Source of the DNA: Thermoplasmatota archaeon
GTDB lineage: Archaea > Thermoplasmatota > Penumbrarchaeia > Penumbrarchaeales > Penumbrarchaeaceae
Assembly: GCA_029762535.1 (NCBI GenBank)
Contig: JARVGK010000008.1
Location: 1 to 64,000, forward strand
Direction of reading: 5' to 3'
Length of the DNA stretch: 64,000 nucleotides
In this document: positions 19,914 to 30,151 of the stretch, one piece after another
Layout: every line of letters starts with the position of its first letter
How positions within the stretch are numbered: the stretch's first letter is position 1
Program-made: the position numbers and the translations under genes
Notes under the pieces: generated by a model
Told to the model about the DNA's origin: nothing
The model's database searches: none
The model's input: the letters and a program-made list of their open reading frames with translations, nothing else

Positions 19914-20747
19914 TCAGGAGCACTCGTCCTCGGGACGCTTTTCCAGGCAGTCCACATGCTTTCTGCGCATTATATACCTGGTCCATAGCGATCCGGCGAC
20001 CCTGACGAGCATTTTCCTCGTCAATATCCTAGACGATCCAGCGATCGCTCTGAAGAACGATCCCGGGACGAACGAGGGCGTCCTTCCCAGCTTCCTGAGC
20101 GCCTTTGAAACCACCTTCTCCGGTTCCATCAGCCCGAAACCGCTGCCCACCTCAGCCACCTTCCCGAACTCGGTCTTGACCGCCCCCGGCGCCAGGGAAA
20201 GTACGTCCACCCCCCTACCCTTCAATTCGTACCATAGGGCCTCACCCAGCATGAGATCGTATGCCTTGGTCGCGGCGTAGTTCGCCATGTAAGGCAGGCT
20301 TATCATGCCCGCCATCGAGGCCAGGAAAATGATCCCGCCCCTGCCCCTCCCAACCATCGCAGGGGCAAGGGCCTTTGTCAGGACGAGCGGAGCTCTGGCG
20401 TTCACGTGCAGCATCTCGAGCTCCTTCTCCGCATCCGTCTCCAGGAATGGTCCGGACGTAGCGAATCCCGCGTTGTTCACGAGAAGTCCGATCTCGAGGT
20501 CATTTATCACAGGATCCAGCTCGAGCATGAAATCCTCGAGCGAGAGATCGACCGGGGCGACCCTGACATCCACATGGTATCTCGTTCGCAGTTCCTTTGC
20601 GATCCTATCGAGCCGGCCTTTTCTCCTGGCAACCAGGACCAGGTCAAGGCCCTCTGCCGCAAGTTGACGGGCGAACTCCTCTCCGATCCCAGAGGATGCG
20701 CCAGTGATCAGAGCATATCTACCGTATCTCCCCTTCATGTCCTTCAT
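19914..20747 (-). CDS. Short-chain dehydrogenase/reductase
   Basis: TGASSGIG, NNAG, YAATK. Confidence 0.92.
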   Translation of the reverse strand: MKDMKGRYGRYALITGASSGIGEEFARQLAAEGLDLVLVARRKGRLDRIAKELRTRYHVDVRVAPVDLSLEDFMLELDPVINDLEIGLLVNNAGFATSGPFLETDAEKELEMLHVNARAPLVLTKALAPAMVGRGRGGIIFLASMAGMISLPYMANYAATKAYDLMLGEALWYELKGRGVDVLSLAPGAVKTEFGKVAEVGSGFGLMEPEKVVSKALRKLGRTPSFVPGSFFRAIAGSSRILTRKMLVRVAGSLWTRYIMRRKHVDCLEKRPEDECS

Positions 20748-20833
20748 CGATTAGACCTCGAATGTTCTACCTTATCATTGTCAATTCCATACTATAACTA
20801 TTCCCTAACAGTTCACGGCCTTACCCGACTTCA

Positions 20834-21484
20834 TCACATCAGCGGTATGACGAAGAAGAATATCCCGAAGAATTGAAGGACCGTCCCGCCCAGAACGAAG
20901 ACGTGCCAGATGCTGTGGAAATATTCCCGGTCGTGCATGGCGTAGAAAGGCACGCCCAGAGTGTACACGATCCCGCCCTGGGCGATGAGGACCAGTGCGC
21001 CAAGTGGGACTTTGGAGATCACCCAGGGGAGGGCTATGATGATACACCATCCCATGGCAACGTAAAGGACCAGAGAGAGCACCTTGAAGCGGTCCACCCA
21101 TATCGATTTCACAACGGTCCCCACGATCACGCAGAGCCATACGAAACCGAACAGAGGCCAGCCCCAGCCCTCCCTGAGGAACACGAGCGTTATGGGGGTG
21201 TAGCTGCCGGCTATCAGGAAGTATATGGATGAGTGGTCCAGGACCTTGAACAATCTCTTCGCTGTCTTGTTGGTCAGGGAATGGTACATGGTGGAGGAGG
21301 CGTAGAGAAGGATGATGGTCGCACCGTATATCGAGCATGATACTATGTGCCATGCGTTCCCATACAGGCTCGCGAACACGACGAGAAGGGAAAGGCAGGC
21401 GATACCCATGACCCAGCCGATCCCGTGTATCACGGAGTTGGCGATCTCCTCGCCGACACCGTACTTGCGAGTTCCCTTGATCAT
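20834..21484 (-). CDS. Hemolysin III / PAQR family membrane protein
   Basis: EEIANSVIH, STMYH, DHSSIYFLIAGSYTP, HSIWHVFV. Confidence 0.92.
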   Translation of the reverse strand: MIKGTRKYGVGEEIANSVIHGIGWVMGIACLSLLVVFASLYGNAWHIVSCSIYGATIILLYASSTMYHSLTNKTAKRLFKVLDHSSIYFLIAGSYTPITLVFLREGWGWPLFGFVWLCVIVGTVVKSIWVDRFKVLSLVLYVAMGWCIIIALPWVISKVPLGALVLIAQGGIVYTLGVPFYAMHDREYFHSIWHVFVLGGTVLQFFGIFFFVIPLM

Positions 21485-21526
21485 CGGCAGGGGAGATGCA
21501 CGAGGGCCTTTTTAAGTTTCCACGGC

Positions 21527-22351
21527 TCATATCCGGTCCTTGAGCCATTTCCACAGTGAATCCTGCAGCTCGATCCTCTTTCCTATGAAAGAATGGTCCG
21601 CATCTATCCTGACCTCCTCCACATTCCGGGCTCCGGCCTCACGAAGGGCGGTGAGGATCAGATCGTGATGGAAAGCGGGGTGCGATGTCTCGTCCAGGTT
21701 TCCGCAGATCATAAGAATGGACCTGTAGGCCAATACCGATGCGATGTTGAGGAGATCGAACCTTTTGGAATTCTCCCTGATCTCCCTCATGAGCCCCTCG
21801 GGCGAACAACCGGAGAGAGGGGGCATGGAGGATGATAATGTCTCCAGCATCCTGTTCTCGTTCTCCTCGGAAAGGGAAACATACCGATCGGTGAGGCCCA
21901 GATTGAATCCAGCTATGAAGGCGATATTCCTGATCGCCGGGTCATCTGATGCCGCCATCATCGCGGCCCATCCTCCCATCGAATAGCCCACGAGGGAGAT
22001 CCTATCGGGATCGATCCCGTATTCGGCATGTTCCTTCCTGAGATGGGATATGACATCCCTCACGCTCTCGACCATTCCCGAGAAGGAAAAACGGCCTCCG
22101 GAGCCCCAGGATCCCTTGTAGTGGAACACGGCAGAGGCCATGCCGCCCCTTGTCAGCATATGGGCGATGTCCATATTGTCATCGTGCCCGGGAAAGCCAT
22201 GGCACAGGACGACCGCGGGGCAGGGAGCATCACCCCCTGGGATCAAAAGCGTTCCGAGGATCGGCCCATCCACTATCGATAGGTGTTCCAGCCGTCCGGG
22301 ATCGGACCCCTCCCCGACGACCGGGTCCATCGCGACCGGATCATGTTCCAT
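21527..22351 (-). CDS. Alpha/beta hydrolase
   Basis: CHGFPG, GYSMGG nucleophile elbow, ADHSF. Confidence 0.85.
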   Translation of the reverse strand: MEHDPVAMDPVVGEGSDPGRLEHLSIVDGPILGTLLIPGGDAPCPAVVLCHGFPGHDDNMDIAHMLTRGGMASAVFHYKGSWGSGGRFSFSGMVESVRDVISHLRKEHAEYGIDPDRISLVGYSMGGWAAMMAASDDPAIRNIAFIAGFNLGLTDRYVSLSEENENRMLETLSSSMPPLSGCSPEGLMREIRENSKRFDLLNIASVLAYRSILMICGNLDETSHPAFHHDLILTALREAGARNVEEVRIDADHSFIGKRIELQDSLWKWLKDRI

Positions 22352-22380
22352 CGCACGTCTCCTTGTTCGTGATCATGTTC

Positions 22381-23142
22381 TCATTCATCGTCCGGATCCA
22401 GTATTCCTGATGCGTAAAGTAGCTCGAGGGCGCCCTTCCAGTGGTCCCGCTTCGCTACGATGTCGGCTATCTCCTTGAGCTCAGGGGTCGCGTTCCCTAC
22501 GACGCAAACCATCCCCCCATTGTTCTTTACTGCCCGGGCACCGGGGACATCGTTTCGGGAATCACAAAAGAACATTATATCCTCCAACCCGATATCGGAG
22601 AGCTCGCAGTACCTGCTGACCCCCGTTCCCTTGTCAACGCCTAATGGGACCACCTCTACCGATGCCGATGTGAGAATGATCTGACATTCCATCTCCCGGA
22701 CCGAGGCGGTGACGGCATCGTAGAGGGCCGCGAGCTGTTCGACGGTATAGGGCTTCCCCTCCATGTAACCCGGGACGTAGATGGATAGAATGTATCTCTT
22801 GGCCGGGTCCATTTCAGCGTTCTCGAAGACCCCGTCGTCCTTTAGCCGATCTATGATGCCCTGTCTGTCCATCAGGCATGCGTTCGGGTCCACCTCGGCC
22901 CCTGATGGTCCGACGGGGAAGGGAATGACCACAGAACCGTTCTCGGCGATCCCTCCTCTCATGGGTCCGAGCCCCCATCTCTTCCTGAACTCGTTCATGT
23001 AGTCGATATCCCTTCCCGAGCAGAGTATCACTGGTGTGCCCTCGCCCTGGACCCTACGCAGGGCCACCTGCAGGGGATAGCCCATATCCCTGCCCGAGGC
23101 ATCGGTTATCGTACCTTCGATATCGAGAAGCAGATGCATCAT
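22381..23142 (-). CDS. HAD-IIB hydrolase (phosphoglycolate phosphatase-like)
   Basis: DIEGT, CSGR, AENG, VDKG, DSRND. Confidence 0.8.
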   Translation of the reverse strand: MMHLLLDIEGTITDASGRDMGYPLQVALRRVQGEGTPVILCSGRDIDYMNEFRKRWGLGPMRGGIAENGSVVIPFPVGPSGAEVDPNACLMDRQGIIDRLKDDGVFENAEMDPAKRYILSIYVPGYMEGKPYTVEQLAALYDAVTASVREMECQIILTSASVEVVPLGVDKGTGVSRYCELSDIGLEDIMFFCDSRNDVPGARAVKNNGGMVCVVGNATPELKEIADIVAKRDHWKGALELLYASGILDPDDE

Positions 23143-23213
23143 CTGGTAATGGCCCTACTGATATATGTGCTTCCCCATAATTGATATATAACACGGTCCT
23201 TTCCAGAAGCAGT

Positions 23214-24281
23214 ATGATAGAATCCGATAGGCCCATGGTCCACATCGAAAGGGCGAAGGAGGAACGTGGTCTTCCCGCCCTGCGCAGCACGATGGAAGCA
23301 CTGGATTGGACGCGGAATATCAGGGCCAATAGCAGGGTCGCGATCAAACCCAACGGATGCCATATCCGCTATCTCCCCGGCCTGATAACCACGCCTCACC
23401 TTCTGGGCGAGCTGGTCCGCATCGTTAAGACCCGGGCCTCGGAGGTCATCGTTGTTGAATCCGATCTCCAGCGGTTCAACGCGATGGATGTCTTCGAGGG
23501 CACAGGTTACCTGGAGGAGGTGGAAAAGGCAGATGGGAGATGCTCCAATCTGACCGAGGAGGAGCAGATAAAGGTAAAGGTCCCCGGCGGTCAGATGTGG
23601 AAGGAACGCACCATGCCCAGATCGCTCGTGGAATGCGACCACTTCATCTCCATGCCGGTGATGAAGACGCACAAGCTATGGCTCGTCTCTTTGGGGATCA
23701 AGAACCAGTTCGGGAACGTCCCGGAATCGGACCGGGTGAAGTATCAGAAATACCTCCCTCAGGTGGTCGGAGACTTCAACGCCTACAGGCCAGCGGATCT
23801 GGTCATTGCCGATGGGTTGATCGGCCTCGAGGCCGATGGACCGATAGCGGGGATCCCGAAAAGATTGGACCTGATCGTCGGCGGGACCAACCTCGTCGCG
23901 ACCGATGCCGTGATGTGCAATATCATGGGCTTCGACCCTCTTGCAAGCGGATTGATCAAGAACATGTACGAGAGAAGGCTTGGCCCTATCGAACTCGATA
24001 GGATCGATCTCTCAGGTCTGCCTCTTGATAAGGCCAGGAGCAAGTTCAGGGGACCATCGCAGGACATCATCTCGAAGATGGAGCGACAGGTCAGGCGCCA
24101 CCCCAAGCTGTCCAATTTCATCTACCGGTCCTGGTTCTTCACCTTCGCCAAGAGGACGGCCTGGGCCGTCAGATCGATCTCTGGATACAAGGGAGGATAC
24201 GAGTCGGAGGTGGAGAGGACGGGTCTCTGGAAGGACTACGACTGGAAGAGCCTGATGGAAGTGTATACCCCCATTGCTTGA
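23214..24281 (+). CDS. DUF362 domain protein
   Basis: VAIKPN, TTP, PVMKTH, LGIKNQFG, DGLIGLE.DGP, VATDA. Confidence 0.8.
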   Translation: MIESDRPMVHIERAKEERGLPALRSTMEALDWTRNIRANSRVAIKPNGCHIRYLPGLITTPHLLGELVRIVKTRASEVIVVESDLQRFNAMDVFEGTGYLEEVEKADGRCSNLTEEEQIKVKVPGGQMWKERTMPRSLVECDHFISMPVMKTHKLWLVSLGIKNQFGNVPESDRVKYQKYLPQVVGDFNAYRPADLVIADGLIGLEADGPIAGIPKRLDLIVGGTNLVATDAVMCNIMGFDPLASGLIKNMYERRLGPIELDRIDLSGLPLDKARSKFRGPSQDIISKMERQVRRHPKLSNFIYRSWFFTFAKRTAWAVRSISGYKGGYESEVERTGLWKDYDWKSLMEVYTPIA

Positions 24282-24285
24282 TGGT

Positions 24286-25548
24286 TCATTGAAGGAGGTA
24301 TCTCCAAAGAGGTATGATATCGATCCCTTCCGGAACGGATTCTTCCCCGGTCCAGGTTATCAAGGTCCTTCTACAATCATCATCTATCGACCTCGCAAAG
24401 CTCTTGAATCCTTTTATCTCGCGAGCGATGCTGTTATCATCCAAAGCGTAGGATACCTGGACCAGATCGGTGATCCTATCTCCCTTGACGATCACGAAAT
24501 CTACCTCTCTGTCATGGTCCTTCCAGTAGAACAATCTGATCCCTCCATAGAAGGATTGTTCCCTTAAAAGATGGAGGAATACGGCGTTCTCCATCGACCT
24601 TCCGATCTGCTTCCCTCCGATCGTACTTCCCATAGCCGGGTCTGGCAAATAGACCTTCGGGGTTGACAGATCGGATGACCGGTCGGAAGGATGGTACCTA
24701 TACAATGGTAATGCGAACATCGCTTCCTCGAGATGACCGAAATATTCGTAGAAGGTCTTCTTGCTAGCCTCGAACCTCATCGATCGCCAGGTGTTGAAGA
24801 GTCTATTTATGGAGAATTCCTTCGATCTCGAGCCGATAACGGCCTTTTGAATGAACCGCAGGATCCCTGTGTTGCTTATGCCATGCCTCTCGACCAGATC
24901 TCGGTAGAGGACGAGGTCCATGTACTCCTCATAGAACTTTGAAAGCGGACCTGGATATGTTAAAATGCCTGGAAAGGACCCATTGTAAAGATAGTCCTCC
25001 AGATGGGATCTCAATTCAGCCTTCTGGCGGGTGGATGAGGGATCCTCATAGGTCACACCTATGAAATCAAGGTATTCTTTGAAGGAAAGTGGGAGCACGA
25101 GATGGTTGATGGTCCTTCCTCTGAGGGTTGTTGCTATCTCCCGGGCTAGCATTTTTGATGAGGACCCGGTGATCATGATCCTGTAGCGTTTCCTTTCGTA
25201 AAGTGTGATGACCGCCTTCTCCCAACCATTGACCCTTTGCACCTCATCCAGCAGGACCATTTCCGGTTCCTTACGATAAATCTCTTGGTATATGGTCACG
25301 GATCTGACGATATCCTGGGGCGTCCATCCGTCCAATTGAATATCGTCGAAGTTAAGGTACAGGATGTTGTTATTGTTCATGAGCATTGAGTAGAAAAGAA
25401 AGGATTTGCCAGACCTCCTCGGACCATAGATCGAAGTGATGAAATCGAGGCTCCCTTCCAAATGGATGCGCCTCTGTCTGACATCGATCCTTTCCATGTC
25501 CTCTCGCTTATCGGACATGTAAGTTCGAAGTGTTTCGATATCTACCAT
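24286..25548 (-). CDS. AAA+ ATPase (AAA_14 + DUF4143)
   Basis: GPRRSGKS, LLDEVQ, TGSSS, KVYLPD, MENAV, EVDF. Confidence 0.88.
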   Translation of the reverse strand: MVDIETLRTYMSDKREDMERIDVRQRRIHLEGSLDFITSIYGPRRSGKSFLFYSMLMNNNNILYLNFDDIQLDGWTPQDIVRSVTIYQEIYRKEPEMVLLDEVQRVNGWEKAVITLYERKRYRIMITGSSSKMLAREIATTLRGRTINHLVLPLSFKEYLDFIGVTYEDPSSTRQKAELRSHLEDYLYNGSFPGILTYPGPLSKFYEEYMDLVLYRDLVERHGISNTGILRFIQKAVIGSRSKEFSINRLFNTWRSMRFEASKKTFYEYFGHLEEAMFALPLYRYHPSDRSSDLSTPKVYLPDPAMGSTIGGKQIGRSMENAVFLHLLREQSFYGGIRLFYWKDHDREVDFVIVKGDRITDLVQVSYALDDNSIAREIKGFKSFARSIDDDCRRTLITWTGEESVPEGIDIIPLWRYLLQ

Positions 25549-25813
25549 ATTATCCCATTAATAACACCATAATATATAAAAAGTTTCCTCGTTGAGGGGG
25601 AAATATGGTTATTATGCTATTACATGCCGCCCTACCGTTATTCGGGTAAACGAGGTGCCACGAGTTTGAATTGGAGACTATGGACCTCTATAGGGACCAC
25701 GACCAGGGTGGCCTAAAGAAAGTCAATATTCCGATCGCGAAAAAATTGCTAGGAATCGCGCAAACTTTAAACAATGTATGAAAAACACCGGGAATCCCGG
25801 AAAGACCGCTACT

Positions 25814-27280
25814 TCAAACCCGTTTCAATACCTTGACCTCCAGGTCGGAATATACCAGTTCCAGACCGGGGATCCCCTCCCCCTTCCAGATCCTGTGGAT
25901 TACAGTACTCTTTCCAAGATCCGTCAAAGTATTCGTTTCCCAGTTGATGTATTCACTTGGGTCCTTTCCGGCACCAAGAATGAGAGCATACAGAATCGAG
26001 TATTGTTGTCTAGCGGTCGTGAGGAGATAGGTTGCATTATTCTGGCCCATCAAGTTCAAGGTAACCGAAGGATCTGTTGTGATCAATCCCAGAGAAACAT
26101 CCCTTAATCTGATCTCATCTTCTTCCCATTCCTCGACTGAAGAGGGATCCCATAAAGTTTGTTCGATATACCTTGAAGGTTTATCGATCACAACATCCAA
26201 TCCAGTATAGCCTTCAATGCTATAACCAAGGTCCCACCACGCGAATACAACCTCGCCTGGGTTTGAATTATTCAGCAACCATTGAGCAGCACCTTGTATA
26301 CTCGGATTAAAGAAGTGTGTTACCTCCTCACCATTCTCTTTGTAGATGATCTTGTAAGCTGTATCCATGTAAGGTCCGTGACCATTCCAGACTTCTATCC
26401 TGACTCCTGGCCTTACATGGATCGTCTCAAGTAGTTCGTTCTGTTCGAAGGTCCTATCCTCCCTGTTCATGTCATGATCGAAGAGTCCTATTGAAAGAAG
26501 TCCAATTAGGATAAGGAACACGATGCCTGTACTCAAAGCGAGCGTTTGCCCTCTCTTTCGGTACCTGATAATCCTACCCGGGTCTTCCTCCTTTACCTCA
26601 AGTATCCTCCTGAACCTGTCGAAGAGGGGGGGGAAAACTAAGAAGGCCAAGATCGGGACGATGGAGATCGCCCCTACCACAAGGTTGTTCGGGTATGACC
26701 AGAGATCGTAGCCGAGTTCCCATTCTATAACCTGCTGGAGGATCCCTCCCAATATAGCTGCCACGATTGAGAAAACAGATATTATTAACGTCAAGTGACC
26801 GAGGTATGATATTTTTGTCGTACTGCGAAGTTGCATGATCGAGAGCGTGCCCAATGTTATTCCTAACACGCCGTAAACCGCGCCTATTGAGAGTGCTCCC
26901 CAGAAATAACCATGATCGGTGTATTGCCAAATTGCCTCCCAGTAAGCATCCCTGAAGTAGAATGCCATTATGAGAATATCGAGTACGGCTATGAAGATAC
27001 AGTATGAGAGAATGGCTTTGATTGTTAAAGGGGTCTTGATCTTCATATCCTTCCGGTACTCACCAGCCACTTCGAAGGGATTTCCGAAGTCTTTCAGGGC
27101 CTCCCGGACCGTCCTCTCGTCGGGTCTGTCCAGACCCCGATCCTTCGCAGCATCCATGGTTCTATCCTTGATATGGGCGCGGATCTCGTCAAGGGCAGTT
27201 TTTCTCGCTTTGGGATCCAGCCCGAACAGCTCCGAGTCGATCCTCTTCAGATAATCATCTACGATATTTTCTATTCTCAT
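25814..27280 (-). CDS. HAAS/DUF1700-like N-terminal domain + ~5 TM + AglB/STT3-core-like C-terminal domain (WWDLG)
   Basis: YLKRI...EIRAHI...ALKDFGNPFEVA (HAAS-like); WLLNNS.PGEVVFAWWDLGYSI (OST core-like). Confidence 0.7.
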   Translation of the reverse strand: MRIENIVDDYLKRIDSELFGLDPKARKTALDEIRAHIKDRTMDAAKDRGLDRPDERTVREALKDFGNPFEVAGEYRKDMKIKTPLTIKAILSYCIFIAVLDILIMAFYFRDAYWEAIWQYTDHGYFWGALSIGAVYGVLGITLGTLSIMQLRSTTKISYLGHLTLIISVFSIVAAILGGILQQVIEWELGYDLWSYPNNLVVGAISIVPILAFLVFPPLFDRFRRILEVKEEDPGRIIRYRKRGQTLALSTGIVFLILIGLLSIGLFDHDMNREDRTFEQNELLETIHVRPGVRIEVWNGHGPYMDTAYKIIYKENGEEVTHFFNPSIQGAAQWLLNNSNPGEVVFAWWDLGYSIEGYTGLDVVIDKPSRYIEQTLWDPSSVEEWEEDEIRLRDVSLGLITTDPSVTLNLMGQNNATYLLTTARQQYSILYALILGAGKDPSEYINWETNTLTDLGKSTVIHRIWKGEGIPGLELVYSDLEVKVLKRV

Positions 27281-27651
27281 AATTCAACCCCCGCATTCTT
27301 CAACATATCTGATACCAGTTCGTTTATGAATTTCCACTCCTTAAGACAGATCTCAAAGGCTTTCCTGCCCTGGGGAGTGATCTCGTAATATTTCCTTCTG
27401 GGACCGGTCTTCGAGTCTCCCCAATAGGTTTTCAGAAACCCTCTTTCTGAGAGCTGGTTCAAGATAGGATAGACCGTTCCCTCGGGAAGGGAATATCTTC
27501 CCCCGCTGTAGGACGCCAGATTATTGATGATCCTGTAGCCGTAGGTTGGATCTTTCTCTGAGCCGATGGTTGCGAGAAGGAGAAATGAGAGCAGTCCCGA
27601 CTTCATCTCCTTCTCGAACTTGTTCTTGAAGACTTCAAGGTCTCGATCCAT
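27277..27651 (-). CDS. PadR family transcriptional regulator
   Basis: YGYRI, EGTVYPILNQL...G, GPRRKYYEITPQG. Confidence 0.92.
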   Translation of the reverse strand: MDRDLEVFKNKFEKEMKSGLLSFLLLATIGSEKDPTYGYRIINNLASYSGGRYSLPEGTVYPILNQLSERGFLKTYWGDSKTGPRRKYYEITPQGRKAFEICLKEWKFINELVSDMLKNAGVEL

Positions 27652-27656
27652 ATAAT

Positions 27657-27692
27657 TACCTCGATGAACAAGGTATGTAGAGGTTCGAGGTA
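27657..27692. promoter_or_regulatory. Putative PadR operator (TACCTCGA...TCGAGGTA; tandem TACCT-N9-AGGTA sites)
   Basis: 8-bp inverted repeat between the minus-strand TATA (~27694-27701) and the padR ATG. Confidence 0.6.
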
Positions 27693-27882
27693 GTATTTTT
27701 AGGTTTCTCTCTCGTGTAATTGAAACAATACAATGACACCAAGAAGCATGGTGAAGGGATCACCTCGCACCCGATCAAGGCTATGGCCCCCGTCCATTAT
27801 CAGAGAAAAACTGTCCTAAAAGACACATCAAACGTGAATTGGAGGAGAAAAGAATATTAACTATATTTTATTATAGTTGGCT

Positions 27883-28113
27883 ATGGTAGTGCCTTTGACC
27901 ACGACGATCCAGATCTCCGAAGAACTGCAACAGGAGCTTGTCAATAAGAAACTCTATCAGAAAGAGACCTACGAAGAGGTCATATGGAGCCTTCTGGAGG
28001 ACACCAGGGAGCTGTCCGAAGAGACAAAAAGAGAGATAGCAGAGGCCAGAGAGGAGATCAGAAAGGGTAAGTTCCACACGCTCTCCGACGTCAAGAAAGA
28101 GCTGGGACTATGA
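27883..28113 (+). CDS. RHH-type antitoxin
   Basis: TTTIQISEEL...ETYEEVIWSLLE...GKFHTLSDVKKELGL; ATGA overlap with relE. Confidence 0.8.
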   Translation: MVVPLTTTIQISEELQQELVNKKLYQKETYEEVIWSLLEDTRELSEETKREIAEAREEIRKGKFHTLSDVKKELGL

Positions 28114-28364
28114 CATATCAGATCATTTTCTCCGATCGAGCCTTCAAACAGTTGAAGAAGTTGGACCGAAACACCCAAGAGAGGATCATATCCTCTCTGG
28201 AGCGCATCAGGATCCGTCCTGAGCATTTCATCACCAAACTGGTTGGGGATCCAGGTTATAAATTGAGGGTCGGGGACCACAGGATAATTCTCGATCTGGA
28301 TAACCATATGTTGCTGATATTGATCATCAAGGTGGGGCATCGAAAGAACATCTACGATAGATAG
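28110..28364 (+). CDS. relE: RelE/StbE family toxin
   Basis: YQIIFSDRAFKQLKKL...YKLRVGDHRII...GHRKNIY. Confidence 0.9.
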   Translation: MTYQIIFSDRAFKQLKKLDRNTQERIISSLERIRIRPEHFITKLVGDPGYKLRVGDHRIILDLDNHMLLILIIKVGHRKNIYDR

Positions 28365-28401
28365 ATATTTACTATTCGATCCCTCACTAGAAAGGATCCA
28401 C

Positions 28402-28815
28402 CTAGTGCTCTTCGCTCTCGCAGTGGGCCTTGTATGGATCCACGTCCATGAGCTTTGAGGTCTCCGAGGGGTCTCCTATCTTCATCTTGTATATCCAGTT
28501 CTCGTAAGGGTCCTCGTTCAGCTTTTCCGGCGCGTTGATGACGTCCTCGTTGACCTCGAGGATCTCCCCGGAGAGGGGGGAATATATCGGAGTGGATGCC
28601 TTCACGGACTCCACTGCCCCCTCGGGCGACAGCTCCTTGAACTGTTCGCAGTTCTCCCCGACGATGGGGGATTCGACGTACACGATATCGGTGAGATGAT
28701 GCGTCGCATAGGCTGTGATCCCCACGACGGCGATATCGCCCTCTATCCTGGCCCACTCGTGGGTGGGTGTATACTTCAGACCCTCTATGAATTTTAGATC
28801 GCTTATCTCCGACAT
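28402..28815 (-). CDS. gcvH: Glycine cleavage system H protein
   Basis: YTPTHEW, VGIT, VESVKA lipoyl motif, NEDPYENW. Confidence 0.9.
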   Translation of the reverse strand: MSEISDLKFIEGLKYTPTHEWARIEGDIAVVGITAYATHHLTDIVYVESPIVGENCEQFKELSPEGAVESVKASTPIYSPLSGEILEVNEDVINAPEKLNEDPYENWIYKMKIGDPSETSKLMDVDPYKAHCESEEH

Positions 28816-28870
28816 GTCCTTGCCTCCTTTGTTCCTTATCTTGTACCTCTATTTTAATCTTCATGGGGGT

Positions 28871-29947
28871 TCAGGCCCTGGGGTTCACTACCTCTATGGG
28901 GACCATCCTTTCCTTTATCCTGACATCGAGCTTTGTTCCGAACTCGTGCAGATCGTATTTGACGTAACCCAATCCGAAACCGATCTTCCTTGCGGGTATC
29001 ATCGTACCCGATGTGACGTCCCCGACCTTCTCATTGTCCTTGAAGATCTCCATGCCGGTTCGAGGGATCCCGCGGTCCTTAAGCTGGAAAGCGACGAACT
29101 TCTGGGGGATGCCGTTCCTCTGCTGCTCTTCGAGCACGCTCTTCCCGACGAAATCATGGTCCATCTTGACGCACCATGCGACGTTGGTCTCGAGAGATGT
29201 ATGGTTGAAATCGAAATCCTGGCCGGACAGAAGCAGGGCCTTCTCCATCCTCAACGTGTCCCTTGCTCCCAGTCCTATAGGTTTGATGCCGAACTCCTCC
29301 CCGTGCTTGAAGATCGACTTCCAGACTGCAACAGCGTCCTCGTTGGGGATCATAAGCTCGAAACCGTCCTCACCGGTGTATCCGGACCTCCATACCAGAT
29401 AGGTCCGGTCGAGGTCCTTGAAATGCATATAGTCGCAGTTGAAGAACTTCATCTCGCAGGGATGGGTGGTCGCCTTCCTCATCACTTCCACCGCTTTCGG
29501 ACCCTGGACTGCCAGTATCGCGTAGTCATCGGAGATGTTCTCCATGACGGTCCCGGGCTTCCTGTACTTGTTGAAATGGTCCCAATCCAGCTTGATCTTT
29601 GCGGCGTTGGGGACGGAGAAGTAATGATCCTCGGACAATCTCGCGATTATCATATCATCGACGATCATCCCTTCCTCGTTGAGGAAGTGGGTGTACTTCA
29701 ACTGCTTCATCCTCATGCCGCGTATGTCCTGGGTGAGGATATTGTCCATCGTATCTGTTGCCGTGTCGCCGTATATCCTGAAATTGCCCATGTGCGACAC
29801 GTCGAATACACCCACACCGGTCCTTACCGTTACATGCTCATCCGTTATGTTCGTGTAATGGGTGGGAAGGTAGAAACCGAAGAAATCCACCATGTTCCCG
29901 CCCATCTGAACGTGGACCTCTGCAAGAGGAGTCTTTTTTAAGGTCAT
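28871..29947 (-). CDS. gcvT: Glycine cleavage system T protein
   Basis: KTPL, FDVSHMG, SGYTGEDGFE, GLGARDTLRME. Confidence 0.95.
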   Translation of the reverse strand: MTLKKTPLAEVHVQMGGNMVDFFGFYLPTHYTNITDEHVTVRTGVGVFDVSHMGNFRIYGDTATDTMDNILTQDIRGMRMKQLKYTHFLNEEGMIVDDMIIARLSEDHYFSVPNAAKIKLDWDHFNKYRKPGTVMENISDDYAILAVQGPKAVEVMRKATTHPCEMKFFNCDYMHFKDLDRTYLVWRSGYTGEDGFELMIPNEDAVAVWKSIFKHGEEFGIKPIGLGARDTLRMEKALLLSGQDFDFNHTSLETNVAWCVKMDHDFVGKSVLEEQQRNGIPQKFVAFQLKDRGIPRTGMEIFKDNEKVGDVTSGTMIPARKIGFGLGYVKYDLHEFGTKLDVRIKERMVPIEVVNPRA

Positions 29948-30151
29948 TTTATCATCCCAGCGTCCCCCGGGGGACGGATGTGCATAAGGGAAATGTGTAT
30001 TTTAATATTGGGTCACAAGCCGTATTCGAAAGAGACGTAAAGGGGTCTTTTCACCCCACGTTGGGGACATACCCTAACCATTCCATGGAAAAGAATTAAG
30101 AAAAGGACCATGATTACCCACGGCCCCAAGGGCGAAGGACGGTCGGTCGTA

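Noticed and set aside
28715-29941. Long antisense/alternative-frame ORFs (408 aa here; also 55764-56783, 40385-41266, 33448-34275 and others)
   Set aside because: Shadows of GC-rich genes with biased codon usage; no recognisable motifs
29948-30151. Glycine riboswitch in the gcvT-gcvPA intergenic region
   Set aside because: Only a short palindrome (CGTCCCCCGGGGGACG) and divergent promoters; no glycine-aptamer consensus
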